Source of the DNA: an uncultured Brachyspira sp.
Lineage (GTDB): Bacteria > Spirochaetota > Brachyspiria > Brachyspirales > Brachyspiraceae
Assembly: GCF_910578695.1 (NCBI RefSeq)
Contig: NZ_CAJTQJ010000007.1
Location: 14,597-78,596, forward strand
Length of the DNA: 64,000 nucleotides
Direction: 5' to 3'
Part shown: positions 62,259 to 64,000 of the stretch, in pieces
Numbering within the stretch: the stretch's first letter is position 1
Layout of the letters: each line of letters starts with the position of its first letter
The notes under the pieces: generated by a model
What the model was told of the DNA's origin: nothing
Databases searched by the model: none
What the model saw: the letters and a program-made list of their open reading frames with translations, nothing else
Made by a program: the position numbers and the translations under genes

Positions 62259-63797
62259 TTAAATATTCGGATAATATTTTTTTAGAGCTTCTTTTGCTTC
62301 TTCTCTGTCATCAAAATGTATAGTTTTATCAGGAAATATCTGATAAGTTTCATGACCTTTTCCTGCTATTATAACTATATCATTTTTTTTAGCTTCTTTT
62401 ACAGCCTCAAATATAGCTTCCTTTCTGTCTATTATTTTTTTATAATTATTATTTTTAAATCCTTTTTCAATATCATTCATTATCTGATTAATATTCTCTG
62501 TTCTTTGATTATCAGCAGTAAGTATAATAATATCTGAATATTTTTCTGCTATTTGTGCCATTATAGGACGCTTCTTTCTATCTCTGTCTCCTCCGCATCC
62601 AAATACTGTTATCACTCTATTAGGATTTAATTTTCTAGCTTCTATTAAAATATTTTCTAAACTGTCAGGAGTATGTGAATAATCAACTGCCGCTATAAAC
62701 GGATGTTTTTCTTTAGTTACTATTTCAAATCTTCCTGCTACCTGAACTTTTCTCATTGCTTTTATTGATTTTTCTATATCTAATTTATATTCGCAAATAT
62801 ATGCTAAAACTGACAGTGAATTTAATATATTAAATCTTCCAAGCATTGATAATTTTACTTTTGATATAAATTTACCCTTTGCATAGAATTCATATTCTGT
62901 ATTTTTTGAATTTAATGAGATTACTTTTCCGTAATAATCAGCATTTTCATTAATTCCGTAAGTGACAATTTTTATTCCTAGTTTTTTTATATAATTATAT
63001 ATCTGATTAAAATTATTTGTATCTATATTGATTATTGCTAATTTTTTCTTTTTGCTGCTTTCTTTTAATAATGAAAATAGTTTTAATTTGGCTTTAAGAT
63101 AACTTTGCATATCTTTATGATAATCAAGATGATCTTCTGTTATATTAGTAAAAATGGCAGTATCATAATTTAAATAATCGCATCTGTTCATAGCAAGTGC
63201 CTGAGATGATGATTCCATAACTATATGAGATACTTCTTTTTTTAAGGATTTATAAAATATATTTTCTAAGTCAATGGATTCAGGAGTTGTTAGATTTGTT
63301 TTTATTTCGCTTTTACCTATCATATTTTTTATAGTACCTATTAATGCTGTTTTATATTTACTAGCTTCAAGTACAGACTTTAATAGATATGTAGTAGTGG
63401 TTTTCCCATTGGTTCCTGTTATTGCTATAGTATTGATTTTTTTTGTAGGTTCATCAAAAAACTTTGCTGAAATATATGCAAGACATTCTCTAGGATTTTT
63501 CACGGCTATAAAATATACTTTATTATATTTTCTCTTAAATTCTTTTATTAAATTTTTATCTGCGGCATTATCATATATTATAATGACTGCTTTATTTTTT
63601 ACAGCATTTTCTATATATTTATGTCCGTCATCTTTTAAGCCTTTTATTGCTGTAAATAAATAATTTTTTTTTATCAGTCTTGAATTATATGATATGCCTT
63701 TTATTTCTGTATTTAAGCATTCTTCTGTTAATTGTTTTTCTTTTGATACTTTATAGTCTTTAATTAATTCTTTAAAATACTTCATATTTTTTCCCAT
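62259..63797 (-). CDS. murE: UDP-N-acetylmuramoyl-L-alanyl-D-glutamate--diamino acid ligase (MurE)
   Basis: Motifs ITGTNGKTTT, ESSSQAL, TNITEDHLDYH, GRFE, VDYSHTPDSL, FGCGGDRDRKKRP and GKGHE are present. A DNQR motif occupies the DNPR position. An alternative start lies at Met5. Confidence 0.9.
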   Translation of the reverse strand: MGKNMKYFKELIKDYKVSKEKQLTEECLNTEIKGISYNSRLIKKNYLFTAIKGLKDDGHKYIENAVKNKAVIIIYDNAADKNLIKEFKRKYNKVYFIAVKNPRECLAYISAKFFDEPTKKINTIAITGTNGKTTTTYLLKSVLEASKYKTALIGTIKNMIGKSEIKTNLTTPESIDLENIFYKSLKKEVSHIVMESSSQALAMNRCDYLNYDTAIFTNITEDHLDYHKDMQSYLKAKLKLFSLLKESSKKKKLAIINIDTNNFNQIYNYIKKLGIKIVTYGINENADYYGKVISLNSKNTEYEFYAKGKFISKVKLSMLGRFNILNSLSVLAYICEYKLDIEKSIKAMRKVQVAGRFEIVTKEKHPFIAAVDYSHTPDSLENILIEARKLNPNRVITVFGCGGDRDRKKRPIMAQIAEKYSDIIILTADNQRTENINQIMNDIEKGFKNNNYKKIIDRKEAIFEAVKEAKKNDIVIIAGKGHETYQIFPDKTIHFDDREEAKEALKKYYPNI

Positions 63798-63950
63798 TTT
63801 TATTTTTATAATATTATAAACAATTTTATAAATTTTATAGTAAAAAATTATATATTATTTTATATCAATATTATAAAAAATAAATTACTTGATTTTTAAC
63901 TTTAAAAGATATATAACTATATCATAGTAAAATATTTATGGAAGTAATTT

Positions 63951-64000
63951 ATGAATATATTTATGGTATCCAGCGAAGCATATCCTTTTTCCAAAACAGG
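63951..64000 (+). CDS. glgA: Probable glycogen synthase, 5' end only (3'-truncated by the window edge)
   Basis: The ATG at 63951 opens MNIFMVSSEAYPFSKT, which matches the conserved GlgA N-terminus (M.I.fVsSE..PF.KTGGL). Only 16 codons are visible. Confidence 0.5.
   Translation, partial: MNIFMVSSEAYPFSKT

Noticed and set aside
62316-63663. Plus-strand ORFs 62316..62537 and 63274..63663 inside murE.
   Set aside because: They are antisense to murE and are hydrophobic low-complexity translations.

Overview
This is a very AT-rich, densely coding chromosomal window with about 50 protein genes on both strands. I saw no rRNA, tRNA, CRISPR array, transposase, integrase or phage genes. All calls come from reading the supplied translations and DNA by eye; no searches or computations were run. 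The N/K/I-rich proteins, relaxed lipoboxes and gene content suggest a low-GC host-associated anaerobe, possibly a Brachyspira-like spirochaete, but this is unverified inference.

Gene content is mostly housekeeping:
- Cell wall and lipid: murD (5' partial), murE, frr-uppS-cdsA, and mlaF/mlaD with mlaE about 52 kb away.
- Translation and replication: rplI-dnaB, and an obg fusion gene.
- Sugar uptake and carbon metabolism: manA, a glucose-family PTS (divergent crr and an EIICB gene), and glgA (5' end only).
- Signalling: a chemoreceptor, a histidine kinase with a sigma-54 response regulator, a GAF-PP2C phosphatase and a STAS protein.
- Envelope: an OmpA-family protein, a small beta-barrel-like family, lipoproteins, and an RND pump with a divergent TetR regulator.

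The most unusual items, in my order of interest:
1. An Obg GTPase fused in frame to a complete radical-SAM domain (16472..18508).
2. A stand-alone protein made of three tandem PTS EIIB domains, encoded by 3 x 243-bp repeats that share a nearly identical 72-nt core (35460..36191).
3. An RND permease with no adjacent adaptor or outer-membrane factor, flanked by three secreted proteins that share an unrecognised module of about 110 aa (40242..47123).
4. A 2323-aa predicted lipoprotein with a TolB-like propeller, TPR repeats and about 900 aa of unassigned C-terminal sequence (47676..54647).
5. An F1-ATPase beta subunit gene with no other atp genes nearby (10746..12158).
6. An amidohydrolase-fold protein in which all canonical metal ligands appear to be substituted (2958..4547).
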